64,000 bases of DNA from the human T2T-CHM13v2.0 reference genome, Homo sapiens. The position numbers and the translations under genes were made by a program. Shown piece after piece: positions 1-14,337 of this stretch. The first letter of the stretch is position 1. Each line of letters starts with the position of its first letter. The stretch is taken from assembly GCF_009914755.1 (NCBI RefSeq), contig NC_060927.1; one strand, given 5' to 3'. Below the pieces are notes generated by a model. That model was not told the origin of the DNA, made no database searches, and saw only the letters and a list, made by a program, of their open reading frames with translations.

Positions 1-3000
1 TGTTTTGTTTTTTGTCTCATATATCCCAGACTGAGTGCTGGAGAAACCTGCAACCCAGGTAGGCCAATGGGTGCAGACAAAGGTCTAAGATACAATTGAT
101 TTCTCTAGTCAAAGGACAGGAAAGGGGGCAGTCTAGCGATACAGAAAACTTTTAGAAAATAACTGGTCTTCTTCAGGCAAACACTACAAAATGAAACTGT
201 GTCCTCAATCCCAATCCCATGAGCAAGGGCCAAATGAGGAGTGTGCACTTCAAACCCCATCCTGATATGAGAAGGTACCCCTCTCTACCCCACACACCAG
301 GATTGTGTAAGAGAAGGCATTGTGGGGAGTTTGGACTTCATCTCTACCAGATAGTAACAAGCCCTCTAACTATGCAGTGTCCATGGTGACCATGTGATGT
401 GAAGAGTGTGGACTTTCACCTCCACCAGATAGCAAGGAGACATCGCTCCTCCCTTCTGGGTGGTATCAGAGGAGGTCTAGTAGAGAGTCAGAATTCCCAC
501 AACCACCAAGCAGTAATGAATGTAGTGTCAGTGGAGATCAGGTGGGAGCCATAGGATGCACCTCTAATCCTATCAGTGACATTGGTATTAGCAGAGGCCT
601 AGTGATGAGCTGAATTCCCATCCTGCCCCAGCAGGAAACAGCCCCATTTATCCAGTCTCCTACTTGGTGACCATGTAGGGAACTTGAACTTCTACCTGGT
701 GAACCCTTATTCTCACCAGTGTAATATAGGAGGAGGAGACTGCTAAAATGGAAAATTTAAATGAGATCCATGTTCTGGTATCATAATATTCAAAATTTCC
801 AGGTTTCAATTTTTAAAAATTCATCAACCAACAACTTGGAGAATTTCAACTTAAGGAAAAGGAGACAATCAACAGATGCCAACACAGAGAGGACACTAAT
901 GTTAAATTTATCTGACAAGAATTTTAAAGCATTTATCATAAAAATACCTCAATGAGTAACTACAGATATAATTAAGACAAATAAAAAATTAAAAGGCTCA
1001 GCAAAGAATAAAAGACCTTAAGAAGAACCAAATGGAAATTTTAGAACTGGAAAATAAAATTACCAAAATAAAAAGCTCAATGGATGAGTTCAACAGCAGA
1101 ATGAAGTGGACAGAGGAACAAACCAATGAACTTGAAGGAATGATGGAAATTACCCAACCTGAACAACAAAGAGAGAAAAAAATAGCAACCAACAAACACA
1201 CACACACAGCCTCAGAGACCTGTAGTACTATAAGAAAATATCTACCATTATGTCATCTGAGTCCCAGAAGAGGAAAAAGAGGGTGGAAATGAAAAAATAT
1301 TTAAAGGAATAATGGCTGAAAATTTTCTGAATGTGACAATAAACATAAACCTACATATTGAAGAAGCTGTGTTAATGCCAAACAAGATAAACTCAAAGAA
1401 ATTTACAAAAGTCATATCAACATCAAACTTCTGAAAATTATATACTGATTTAACTAATATATAAATATATGTTAAATAATGTATTCAATCAATTGATATA
1501 TTAAATATAATCTATATTTTAATTCAATTAATAAATATTGAATAAACTATATTCATTTTAATATGAATAATTAATACATATTTTATATATCAAATACATT
1601 AATATATATTTCATTTTCAGAAGCTTGATATTGATATTTCTTTTGTAGATAGGTGTTGAGAGAGAAACAACAACACCTTAGCTATAGAAGAAATACTAAT
1701 AGAATGATAGAATGACAGCAGCGTTCTCATCAAAAGTCATGGAAGGGGTGTAACATATCTGAAGTGCTAAAAAAAAAACAAAACCCTATCAAACCAGAAT
1801 CATATTTCCAGGAAAAGAATCCTTCAAGAATGGAAAGGAGATTTTAAAAAATTCTCAGATGAAGGAAAACAGAGCATTTGTTGCTAGCAGACTTAACCTA
1901 AAGGAATGGCTAAAGAAACTTCTGGAAACCAAAAGAAAATGACAAAGAATCTTGGAACAGCAGGAAAATTAGAATGCATAAAGCAAAGAGTAAAAATATA
2001 GCAATGCAAACTATTTTTCTTTTCCTCTTGAGTTTTCTAGATTATACTTGGCAGATGAAGAAAAACTATGACACCAATGTAGTTCTCAATGTATATAGAA
2101 AAAATATTTGACAATTTATTATAAATGAGGAGAGTAAAAGGACAGAAAGGAGGTTAGGTTGCCACACATCATTCAAGCTGGTAAAATATTGACTCCGTAG
2201 ACTATAAGTCAGGTGTGTATAACATAATACCTAAAGGAGTACCAAAAAAATCTATATAAAAGGAAATGCTGGCTCCTCCCCTGCAGTAGACTTCTGTCGG
2301 ACATCCAGGTGTTTTCATACATCCTCTGAAGTCTATGCGAAGGCTCCCAAAGCTGAACTTTTGTCTTCTGTGCACCCACAGGCCCAACACCACATGGAAG
2401 CTGCCAAGGCTTGGGGCTTGCACCCTCTGAAGCAATGGCCTGAGCTGTACATTGGCCCCCTTTTATCCATTCCTGGACCTGGAGTGGCTGGGATTCAGGG
2501 TGTTATGTTTCAAGGCTCCACAGAGCAGCAAGGCCTTGGTCTTAGCCCATGAAACCATTATTCCCTCCTAAGCCTCCAGGCCTGTGATGGGAGGTGTTGC
2601 CATGAAGATTTCTGAAATGCCCTGGAGACATTTTCCCCTTTGTCTTGGCTATTAACATCCAGCTCCTCATTATTTATGTAAATTTCTCCAGCTGGCTTGA
2701 ATTTCTTTACAGAAAATTGATTTTTCTTTTCTACCACATGGTCAGGCTGCAAATTTTCCAAGCTTTTACAGTCTGCTTCCCTTTTAAACATAAGTTCCAA
2801 TTTCAGACCATCTCTTGTGAGTGCATATGACCGTATCCATTCAGAAAAAGCCAGGTCACATATTGAATGCTTCACTGCTTAGAAATTTTCTCTGCCAGAT
2901 ACCCTAAATTATCTCTCTCAAGTTCAAAGTTCCATAGATCTTTAGGGCTGGGTCAAAATGCCACGAGTCTCTTTGCTAAAACATAGCAAGAGTAACCTTT

Positions 3001-4300
3001 GCTCCAATTCCCAATAAGTTCCTCATCTCCATCTCAGACCACTCAGCCTGGACTTCATTGTCCATAACACTATCAGCATTTTGGTCAAAACCAGTCAACA
3101 AGTCTCTAGGAAGTTCCAAACTTTCCCACATCTTCCTCTTCTTCTGAGTCCTCTAAATTGTTCCAGCTTCTCCTCGTTACGCAGTTCCAAAGTCATTTCC
3201 ATGTTTTCATGTATCTTTATAGCAGTGCCCCACTCTGCCAGTACCAATCTCCTGCGTTAGTCCATTTTTACACTGCTATAAAGAATTACCTGAGACTGGG
3301 TAATTTATGAAGAAGAGAGGTTTAATTGACTCATAGTTCTGCATGGCTGTGGAGGACTCAGGAAACTTACAATCATGGTGGAAGGCGAAGGGGAAGCAAG
3401 GACCTTCCTCACATGGCAACAGGAGAGAGTGAGCGAGCGAGCTGGGGGAACTGCCAAAAGCTTTTAAACCATCAGATCTCATGAGATCTCACTCACTATC
3501 ATGAGAACAGCATGAGGAAACTATCCTCATGATACAGTCACTTCCCACTAACTAGGTCCCTCCCTCAAATTGTGGGGATTGCAATTCAAGATGAGATTTC
3601 AGTGGGGACATAGAGCCAAACCGTATCACAGGGGATATCATTATAGACACTGCTGGCATGAAATGAATAATAAGGGTATACTATAAATAGTTCTACACAT
3701 ATAAATTTGACAAATTAGATAGAAGGAACTCGTTCCTTGAAGAGCACAAAGAATAACTAATCCAATATGAAATAGATAATTTGAATAGTCCTGTAAATAT
3801 AAATTAGAATTTTCCAGTTCCAGATGATTTGACTGGAGAATTCTATAAAATGTTAAGATGAATTAACATTCTACACAATCTCTTACTAAAATATAAGAAA
3901 AAGGAATCCAATTCATTTTATTCTGATACCAAAACCAAAAATATTACCAAAAACAGAAACTACCAAATAATGTCTTTCATGAACATAGCAAAAATGTTTA
4001 AAAAAATATTAGAAAATATAATTCAAGAGTTTAAAAATTAATTATACACCACCAAGTGTGCTTCGTTCTAGGGATGTGAGGCTGGTTCAATGTTTGAAAA
4101 TCAATTTTACCATATTAATGGACTAAAGATCAAATTTAGGAGTATCATACCAATTGATGCAGAAAGAGCATTTGACAAAATTCAATATTATTCATGATTT
4201 TAAAGAACGCAGAAAACTAAAAATAAAGGGAATGTTCTCAGCTTGATAATTTGCATTTACATAAAGCCTATGGTATTATAATTAGTGATGAAAGACTGAA
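1..4300 (+). mobile_element. Old L1M LINE-1 remnant (5' region, ORF1 and part of ORF2), interrupted by a THE1 fragment
   Basis: ORF 1032-1292 MEILELENKITKIKSSMDEFNSRMKWTEEQTNELE is an L1 ORF1 coiled coil. 3630-4300 resembles ORF2 (gatgcagaaagagcatttgacaaaattcaa = DAERAFDKIQ). Many stops and indels; boundaries approximate. Confidence 0.85.
2270..3628 (-). mobile_element. Truncated THE1 (THE1D/C-like MaLR): part of the internal region plus one LTR (3253-3628)
   Basis: The internal sequence closely matches the THE1-int at 35800-36730. The LTR runs tgcgttagtcc...gagccaaaccgtatca, the reverse complement of the THE1 LTR. Confidence 0.9.
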
Positions 4301-4830
4301 TTTATCTTCCAAAATATTTATGTAAATATTTAGTAATAAGAAGGGATGAAAATAAAGAACAATAAAAACAATAAAATAAACTTGAAATGAGGAATTACTA
4401 AAAAAAAAGGTAAAATATGACTGACCTTATTAGTTCCATTAAGAGAAATTACAGCAATCTAGAAAAAGATAAAATTGTATTCCTACATTATTTTGTTCAT
4501 CCAAATTACTTCCAGGTGCATAAAGTATTTAAAGATAATCACGAAAATTATGCAAGTACCAAAATTAACATGGGGATTAAAACATTATTTTGTATGGCCA
4601 TGACAAAAACTCAGAACTCATTTTTTAGAAAAGAAACCCATGGTCTTTTTGACTTAAAGAAAATCAAAAATTTATTCAAGGTATAAAACACACAGAAAAG
4701 CAATGTATAAATAAGCTGGATGAAGAAAGACCAACAAAGCGCACTAATTTTCTTTTATTTCTTTTACTTTTCTTTTTTTTTAAGCTACACCTGCTGGAAT
4801 GGGAGATTAAGTTTTAAGATCTGTGGGGGG

Positions 4831-5136
4831 TTTTTTTTGTTGTTTTTATTTTTTTGAAACAGGGTGTCATTCTATTACCCAGGCTGGAATGAAGTGATGC
4901 TATCATATCTCACTGCAGTCTCTCACTCCTGGGTCCAAGCGATCCTCTCACCTCAGTCTCCTGAGTAGCTGGGACTATGTGCACGTACCACCATGCCCAG
5001 CTAATTTTTTTATTTCTCATGAAGACAAAGTCTCACTATATTTCCCAGGCTGATCTCAAGTCCTGGGCTCAAGCAATCTTCCTACTTCGGCCTTACGAAG
5101 TGCTGAGGTTACAAGTGTGAGCCACTGTATCTGGGC
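4831..5136 (-). mobile_element. AluJ-like SINE
   Basis: Poly-T tail at 4831-4855 followed by a dimeric antisense Alu body. Candidate TSD ctaattttctt at 4744 and 5136. Confidence 0.92.
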
Positions 5137-5959
5137 TAATTTTCTTAATAAGCAAAGAGATTTCTTTCATATATCAATAAGAAAAGGCTGTACAACACCC
5201 GGTGGATCTTATAAAAGATGATAAGCATCATTTATAGTGTGACAAATCCAAATTTAAGTTGCACTTTGTACCATCTTCACCTATCAGATAATCATGGCAT
5301 GCCATATTGGCTAAAGATTGAAAAATGGGCACATTGATAATCCTTAGTAAATTGGAAAATCTCTTTGTAGGGAAATTTGATAGTGTTCATTACTACTTAA
5401 AAAGCACATATTTTATTTGAAGAATTTACTCTATAGGTACTATATTGTGATATTATACTATATTATCATATCATAAGAATGAAGACTTACATAATGATGT
5501 TCATTACAGCATTGTTTGTAGTAGCAAATTATTTTAAACAATCTGGAGTGCCAAAATAAATTTTGCAAAGCACAATAAATTCCTATGTAGCTGTTAAAAA
5601 AGAATGAGGCATATATGTACTAATGTAGTAATTTGGAAAAATTATTTAAATACTTTGTGTACTAATTTATGTACTATACTAATTTTATATACATGTACTA
5701 ATTTAGTACATTGTTAATCTATATTTACTAATTTGGAAAAATCTTGGGAAATTTTATGTAAAAGAAAGCAACATTTACAATATTATTTATTATATATAAT
5801 GTATTATATAATATATTATATATCATATATTATATATTTTATATATATATATAGACACACTCACACATACACACATATTAACCTTTGGGTAGAAAAGCAT
5901 TAAGGGATACAGGAGATAGACATATTATGCTTTACTAGCCATAGGCTATTTCTGGATAT

Positions 5960-6231
5960 ATCCAGCCATTTATCCACTTAATTCAAAAAATATTTATTGA
6001 ATGACAATGCCTGTTTTAAGCATATAAAGTGTATGGTTAAAATACAGACTATACAAGTGCTCATGCAACTTGCTTTCTAGTGAGAGAGATAATAATAAAT
6101 ATAAATAATAAGGGAATTAATAAATTTATATATGTTATTTATACCCCTCTAACATATATATATTCTTATCCTTACAGGCTGCTTAAGTCTGAGCGAGACT
6201 TGAGACTCTGAGCTTCAATGTTCTTAAGAGT

Positions 6232-6273
<42 letters not shown>

Positions 6274-6400
6274 CTAGAGGGAGTAAAATCTGTGGTAAGA
6301 GAAAAAAGAGCATGAAATAAGGCTGGAGAGCGCAGGGTGTGTTGAAAATTTAGAGTACTCAAGGTAAGTCTTATTGAAAGAAGTGAAGCCTGTGATACAG
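5960..6400 (-). mobile_element. L2 3' end remnant
   Basis: cattt...attcaaaaaatatttattgaatg resembles the L2 3' tail in reverse; highly degenerate. Confidence 0.55.
6235..6270. repeat. (GT)n microsatellite
   Basis: About 18 perfect GT units. Confidence 0.97.
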
Positions 6401-7239
6401 AAAATAGCTGGTAATTATGACGTTTTTGATGATGTTTTTAAGAAAAGAACTGAGAATACTGGAACACAGGAATGGAATACTTTTTTTTCATAATATATTT
6501 TTGTATATTGTTTGAAATAATTAACATGTGATTACATAAAGTTTAAAAAGGCCATAAAGTCATTTACACAATTCTGTGTCAATATTGTCATAAGACCTAG
6601 ACCTGTAGAAGTAAATATTTCTGAGTTTTTCTTACTTTTTCAATTATGCTTTTTTTCCCCAATTATGTTTTAAATCTTATCTTGGCTTAGTAGAAGTCCT
6701 GTATTTTCACAGATTCATTGATTTCATCAATCCATTTCAACATATAGGCTGGTAGATGAATGGGTCTCCTGGCTGATGAGGACAGGGTTGTTTTAGGAGC
6801 GTAGAAGGAAAACAGGCAAAAGTTTATTTTAATAACACCTGATATTGATTCTGCTTAATTTGCCCTATATGCAAAAGGTAAAATGGATTTAATTAAAGGT
6901 AGTCTATTGCACGTATAATGATGATTCAACCATTAATTGTACAACTATAACTGTTATTTAAGTAACAAAATCAAAAAATTTTTTTCATTTGGTACTGGAA
7001 TTCAGTGCAGCTAGTTGCTCAAATAAAAGCAATAAAGAAAGTATCATGCAGATTGAATTCATGTACCTGTTCTGCTATGTATTAACCAATGCCTTTGGGC
7101 AAGTTAAAAAAAAAAAGTCTCTCTAACTCTTTTTTTCCTACTTGCTGGAATATAAAAATTTCTCTAATGTTTATTCTGCTAGCTGGAATTTTAAAAATTA
7201 CTCTAGTTTGCTTCTGCTAGTTGGAATAGAAATAATTTG

Positions 7240-7420
7240 ATTGGAAGTCAGATAGTCTAGATTTGACTCTTAGTTCTTATCCTTATAGGCTGTTTAAGTT
7301 TGAGCAAGACTTTAGACTCAGAGCTTCAATTTTCTCAAGAGTAAAATAAGAATACTGCTACCCACATCACAGGAGTATTTTTTAGTATTAAATGAGATAA
7401 TCCATGTGGAAAATATTATT
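7240..7420 (+). mobile_element. MIR SINE
   Basis: MIR core-like gagcttcaattttctcaagagtaaaataag...attaaatgagataatccatgtggaaa. Confidence 0.7.
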
Positions 7421-7440
7421 ATGTAAAAATACTATAAACT

Positions 7441-8151
<711 letters not shown>

Positions 8152-8510
8152 ACTTGTGTCTTAATTCCTCTTGATAGTGCATTTTAGTTTGTGTCACCCA
8201 CCTCTGTAAGTTGAAATACTTTTACCATTTCAGTAACTTGAAAACAAACTGCTCATTTTTCTTCTTTATCAGTTATGAAACTAAATATATAAAATCTTAT
8301 CCCTAGTCATCCAGGATTGACTGCTCCTTCTTCACAAGGGTCTCTGCAGGTCCCAGTATACCAAACACACAGTATTAATCAATATTCATGGAGTGAATGA
8401 AAAAAATGAATGAATGAAAGTGATATATTTGCTACCTTACAGATAACATGTGAGTAGTTCTTTGTTTTAATTTTAACATTTATTAAGCTTTTGCTATCTA
8501 GATACAGTTA

Positions 8511-8880
<370 letters not shown>

Positions 8881-8926
8881 AGAGAAAAGTGTTGTGTTAT
8901 TTTATTTTTACAAAATTTTATTACAG

Positions 8927-9055
8927 GTTGTCCCCAGATAAGACATGGCCTCAATTATCAGCTAAAATGTACTTGTAAAAATGGTGGCCTTTGCAATTCT
9001 GCAGATAGAAGGTCTATCTGTGGCCTTGGGTGGACAGGAAATTATTGTGAAAAAA
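8927..9055 (+). pseudogene. Pseudo-exon A, EGF/laminin-type module
   Basis: Acceptor ttacag, 129 bp, phase 1-1. Translates CPQIRHGLNYQLKCTCKNGGLCNSADRRSICGLGWTGNYCEK. Cys2 is Tyr (tat) and Cys6 is Ser (tct). Donor is gcaagt. Confidence 0.88.
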
Positions 9056-9101
9056 GCAAGTTGATTCACTGCCTTTTTTCCCTCAATAAAGATCTACTTT
9101 A

Positions 9102-9515
<414 letters not shown>

Positions 9516-9877
9516 TTATGTAAATATGATTGATATTGTTACTGAAATATCACATGAAAACTCCTAAACTCCTTAAGTAATTGAAATAGTATTAATGTGA
9601 AAGAGCTCCTCTGAGACCTAAACTTAACTCCCCTACCAGCCACTTTTTAAGCCTAAAGAAAGGCTTTGTGGACACCAAATCTACTAAGTCTTGAGTTTCT
9701 ACGCATGAAGCTGAAGAATCTCCACCACCTCTGAGGCTTTCAGGCAGGCAAGGCGGAGGATACAGGGCTCTGGGAGAAGCCAGATCACATGAATAAGAAT
9801 AGGCACAGCTGCAAAGAGGGAAGAGGACCACCCAAAAGTCTCCAAAATTTGTTTCATCAGGAAAAATTTAATCAGTA

Positions 9878-10140
9878 CAGTAGTCCCCCTTTGCCTGTGG
9901 TTTACCTGCGGTACAGTACAGTAAGATTTTTGTAAGATTGGCAGAACTCTAAGTACATTGATGTAATTTTTTTATTAGTTACTGTGAATGCCTTATTATG
10001 CCTAACTTATGAATTAAACTTTATTATTGTTATGCATGTATAGTGGAAAACGTAGTGTATATAGGGTTCAATGCTATCTGAGCTTTCAGACATCCACTGG
10101 GAGTCTTGGAATGTATTCTCCATGGATGGGGGGCCTGCTA
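9878..10140. mobile_element. MER44-like Tigger MITE
   Basis: TA-flanked, begins cagtagtccccc; degenerate complementary right end gggggcctgcta; body resembles MER44A. Confidence 0.75.
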
Positions 10141-10629
10141 TACCACTATACATGCATTTTTATTTATAAATGACATTCTTGCACGTCTTGACTAATAAGT
10201 ATATTATAAAATGTAGATAAATGCTTAAATTGATAAACATGGATAAAATGAATATTGATAGTTGTTCTAATGTTTGTTTTCCTGAACCACAATTTGTTAT
10301 TTTGTACAACACTGGAAAGCACCAACTTTATTTAGAGCGCACTATTGTAGGAGACATTGTATTTTGGCAGATTACAGAGCAAAGGTTCTGGCAAAGTGTG
10401 GATGAGAACATTGTGCTGGAGGCCTAAACTTGAGGCACTCAGAGCAGAAAAAAATTCACAATGTACGTTTACCCAGATGGTTTCAACTGCGGGTGGTGTG
10501 ACTCTTCCGACTTAGTGAAAATGAGTGTGATTATCTACTCTCCGTCACTACTCGTTCAACTGTCATGAAATTCAACAACATGTTATAGAAGAAACCACAT
10601 TGCAATGGGCATGGATAAACATGAATGCT

Positions 10630-10770
10630 AACCCTAGCTCTGCTAATACCATGTGGTCTATCTTTGGGCAGTTCACATCCTCTTTCTGATTTAATTTTCC
10701 CATCTGAAAATGAGGGTATTGAGCTGAATAATACCTGACAGTCCTTCCAAATCTAAGATTCAAGGCCATT
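10630..10770 (+). mobile_element. MIR SINE
   Basis: Core ttttcccatctgaaaatgaggg and tail gtccttccaaatctaagattc. Confidence 0.65.
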
Positions 10771-11249
10771 TTTCATGGGATTTTGAAAAGATGGATATCC
10801 TGCCTAATTCATGGGAGATGGCTCTTATCAGTTTTGTGATTTGAGATTACAAAATCAGCTTTTTAAAAACAGACAGTACTATCATGTCCATGCTCTTTTT
10901 GATTGTAAGTTGAGTAATTTTCTGGCATTTAGTATGTGGGATATTTTTACCATTGATTCTATCATTTAAAGTTTTTATTATGTAACATTTCAAACACATA
11001 CAAGAGTTAAGAGAATGATATAACGGTATAATGAATCTCCATATATCTGTCATTCACCTTCAACAATAATCAATCAATTTATGATTAATCTTGTGTCATC
11101 TATACTTCCAGCCACTCCCTCACTCTGTACCTCTATGGTATTATTTAGAAGCAGATCATGGTCATATTAATATTCTTTTCTAAGCTTTTGGTATTATAAA
11201 TTTTGTATCAATAAATAGTTTTGTGCATATATTGTTTAATATTTTTGCC

Positions 11250-11608
11250 AAACCTCCAAGAGGTTTTAAGTCTTCCATATTGGACTTACATATTCTGTAT
11301 TGTACTTGATTGGCCACCTAAGGAAATGTTTCAAAGGTTAAATTTTACAGACTTCAAAACCTAACTTCCTTGTAAGATATTTACCTACTGTATGTGCATC
11401 ATATTCTTTTAATCTCTTTCTTCCTTCTTCTCTTCCTTCTTCCTTTCTCTCACACCCATCTCTGTCATTTACTCCCAGGACTTCAAATATCAAAAATTAT
11501 ATGATATCACCTTCCACAGATACTGTCTTATTTATTTAAATAATTTAATTTAAAAATCATTCTCACTAAATTTAGCCTGGATTTGAACACATTGCTTCTT
11601 TATGTCTT
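11250..11608 (+). repeat. Donor arm of a ~360-bp inverted duplication
   Basis: Reverse complement aligns with 13194-13557 at about 90% by eye. Confidence 0.93.
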
Positions 11609-11627
11609 TAAGGTATTGAAGGATTTT

Positions 11628-11972
<345 letters not shown>

Positions 11973-12323
11973 GGTATTGAAGGATTTTAGGAAAGGCTTT
12001 GGCCAAATGTTTATGTGCACATCATAGGACATAAGCATGATCTACTTAAAGCTATTTCAATTTCCTCATTCACTTTTCTAGACTAATTATAGAAACTGGC
12101 ACCTATATATTCACTTATTTGTATGATCAAACTATTGTCAATGTGCTTCTCCATACAATTTTTTCTTTCTTTCCAATTCGCTCATCTCTTTATTTGGTAT
12201 TGGGAAACAAATGAATTGAACATATTCTAATTTTCCTTTCATTTACTTTTAATGTAAATAAAATTCTAATTTGCCTTTTATTTATTTTTAAAGTAATAGT
12301 ATTTTGACATTTCCATTTCCCAG

Positions 12324-12453
12324 TGTACCCTCCGGGATTTTATGGCTTGAATTGTGCTCACATCTGTGACTGCAAAAAATGGAGCTAGTTGTAATGCAGC
12401 AAGTGAACAGTGCATTTGCCCAGCAGGTGTCCATGGCAGCCAATGTGAAAAAA
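12324..12453 (+). pseudogene. Pseudo-exon B, EGF module with a +1 frameshift
   Basis: Acceptor ttcccag, 130 bp. Reads YPPGFYGLNCAHICDCK, then an extra A in the A6 run (12374-12379), then NGASCNAASEQCICPAGVHGSQCEK; donor gtattg. The uncorrected frame hits TAG a few codons later. Cys1 is Tyr. Confidence 0.9.
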
Positions 12454-13193
12454 GTATTGCCAGAGCATTTTTAAGGACACAAGTGCGAGAATTCTGTGTG
12501 ACTATGAGATCTTCTCATCTGGTGACAAACATGTAAAAGAAACTGAAAATATGCAATAATTACTTAAACATTCGACCTGCACATTAAAGTGGTAGAAATT
12601 CACTCAACGGCCAATATAATGAGTCCTTCTGATTTTGTGGCTGATTGGTCAAAATTTTATTTTCCTTTATATAAAGTTGTGAGATATTTCAAAACACCAG
12701 TAAAACTGTTAGTCTTTGTTGGACGAGGATTCTACCTCTGAATGAGAATAAATATTTCATTAAATGCTTTTAACGAATGTGACCTATGTATTGGGTTCAA
12801 TGGCATTAAAAGAGATACAAGAAATTTATGAAAATATTTAAAGATGTGAATTAGGCATTTACCACTACAAAGTAATCATGGCCATGAGTGGAGATAAAGA
12901 TATAAAGGTGAGAATTTGGGCTACTCAGTTTGAAACAAAATATTATAAAGCCCTAAAAGCCACTAACTCAGTAAACAACACAAAGTCCTGTTATGGCCTA
13001 TATTATGTATAGTCTTTTGTCTATAGTTACAACAATCATGATCATTATAATTATAGTATGATGATAATGGTAGTCAAAGTTATTGTCTGTGGCCTTTAAA
13101 AAGGATTTATATGTTAGCTCATACTATGTTCTCAGTTGTCACTATAAAGAAAAATATCAATATTTTTCTGGCTGCAGTGGCGCGATCATAAAT

Positions 13194-13557
13194 AAGACAT
13201 AAAGAAGCAATGTGTTCAAATCCAGGCTAAATTTAGTGACAATGATTTTTAAATTAAATTATTTAAATAAATAAGAGAGTATCTGTGGAAGGTGATATCA
13301 TATAGTTTTTGATATTTGAAGTCCTGGGAGTAAATGACAGAGATGGTGTGAGAGAAAGGAAGGAGGAAGAGAAGAAGGAAGAAAGAGGGCAAAAGAATAT
13401 GATGCATATATGGTAGGTAAATATCTTGTAAGGAAGTTAGGTTTTAAAGTCTGTGAAATCTAATCTTTGAAACATTTCCTTAGGTGGCCAATCAAGTACA
13501 ATACAGAATTGTCTCTTAGTAAGTCCAATATGGAGGACTTAAACCTCTTGGAGATTT
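13194..13557 (-). repeat. Inserted arm of the inverted duplication
   Basis: Flanked by the 19-bp direct repeat atcaatatttttctggctg (13156-13174 and 13578-13596). Confidence 0.93.
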
Positions 13558-14210
13558 TACCTCCAAGACTGGAGAAGATCAATATTTTTCTGGCTGAACA
13601 TCAGAAGAAGTAATTGGTTATAAATTAAAATCAGATTCTGGAGTGCTCAGGAGAGATACTGACTCACATCTCTTTTTGTACATCCTTCATTATTCATGTA
13701 TTATTTAGTGATTCAATAAAATGTCACCCATTATGTATCTGTGGTAGCAATAAGAACAAATTCCAACCTGACTCTAGTATACTATCACATGACAAGCAGC
13801 AGGCCCTGAGTTAAATTCTGGAAATACAGTGGAAAACATGGAGTTTATTGTCTTCTAGAGAGATGAATAATAAAAACACTTTAAGGGGAAATATTAAAAA
13901 TAAGACGCTTGGCTTGTAGACTTGGTTTCCTTCCTAAAGCTCCTACCTTCAAAAATTTTATTTGCATTCTAAAGGATATATACTAGTGTTAAAGTAAATC
14001 AACTTTAAGACTTGCATGTCAAATCAGTTTAGAATGGACCTTCGTTCTGATATTCCAAAATTTTTCTCTCTTCTTTTGACCAGCAAATTCCAGTATCATC
14101 CCACTTTACTATTTGGAACTCAATCTTGAGGAAATTTTATATTTAACATTAAGATGCATTAATGAAAGTGCAAGGTGTTAATTTTTCAGCACTTCTCCTT
14201 TTTTGGTCAG

Positions 14211-14337
14211 TATTCACCTGGCATGTTTGGAGATGATTGCCATCAACTTTGTGACTGTGAAGGAGAAACCTTCTGCCACCCAAAAACTGAAAAATGCCTC
14301 TGCCCCCGTGGGAGAACTGGAGCCAGATGTGATGCTG
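14211..14337 (+). pseudogene. Pseudo-exon C, EGF module
   Basis: Acceptor ttttggtcag. Reads YSPGMFGDDCHQLCDCEGETFCHPKTEKCLCPRGRTGARCDA; donor gtagga. At 127 bp it is 2 nt short of the phase-1 module. Cys1 is Tyr. Confidence 0.88.

Noticed and set aside
1032-1292. Coiled-coil ORF of 86 aa
   Set aside because: L1 ORF1 fragment surrounded by stops and frameshifts; not a host gene.
7138-7238. CRISPR-like spacing of short repeats (gctggaat about every 40 bp); also 59860-59927
   Set aside because: Degenerate tandem duplications with no unique spacers, in eukaryotic DNA with no cas genes.
10473-10520. PDGFNCGWCDS-like reading as a fifth EGF exon
   Set aside because: Cys spacing does not fit the module, and there is no suitable acceptor/donor pair.
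12354-12536. ORFs 12354-12536 and 14175-14396 as small standalone genes
   Set aside because: They start at non-ATG codons and run through splice sites; they are open stretches over the pseudo-exons.
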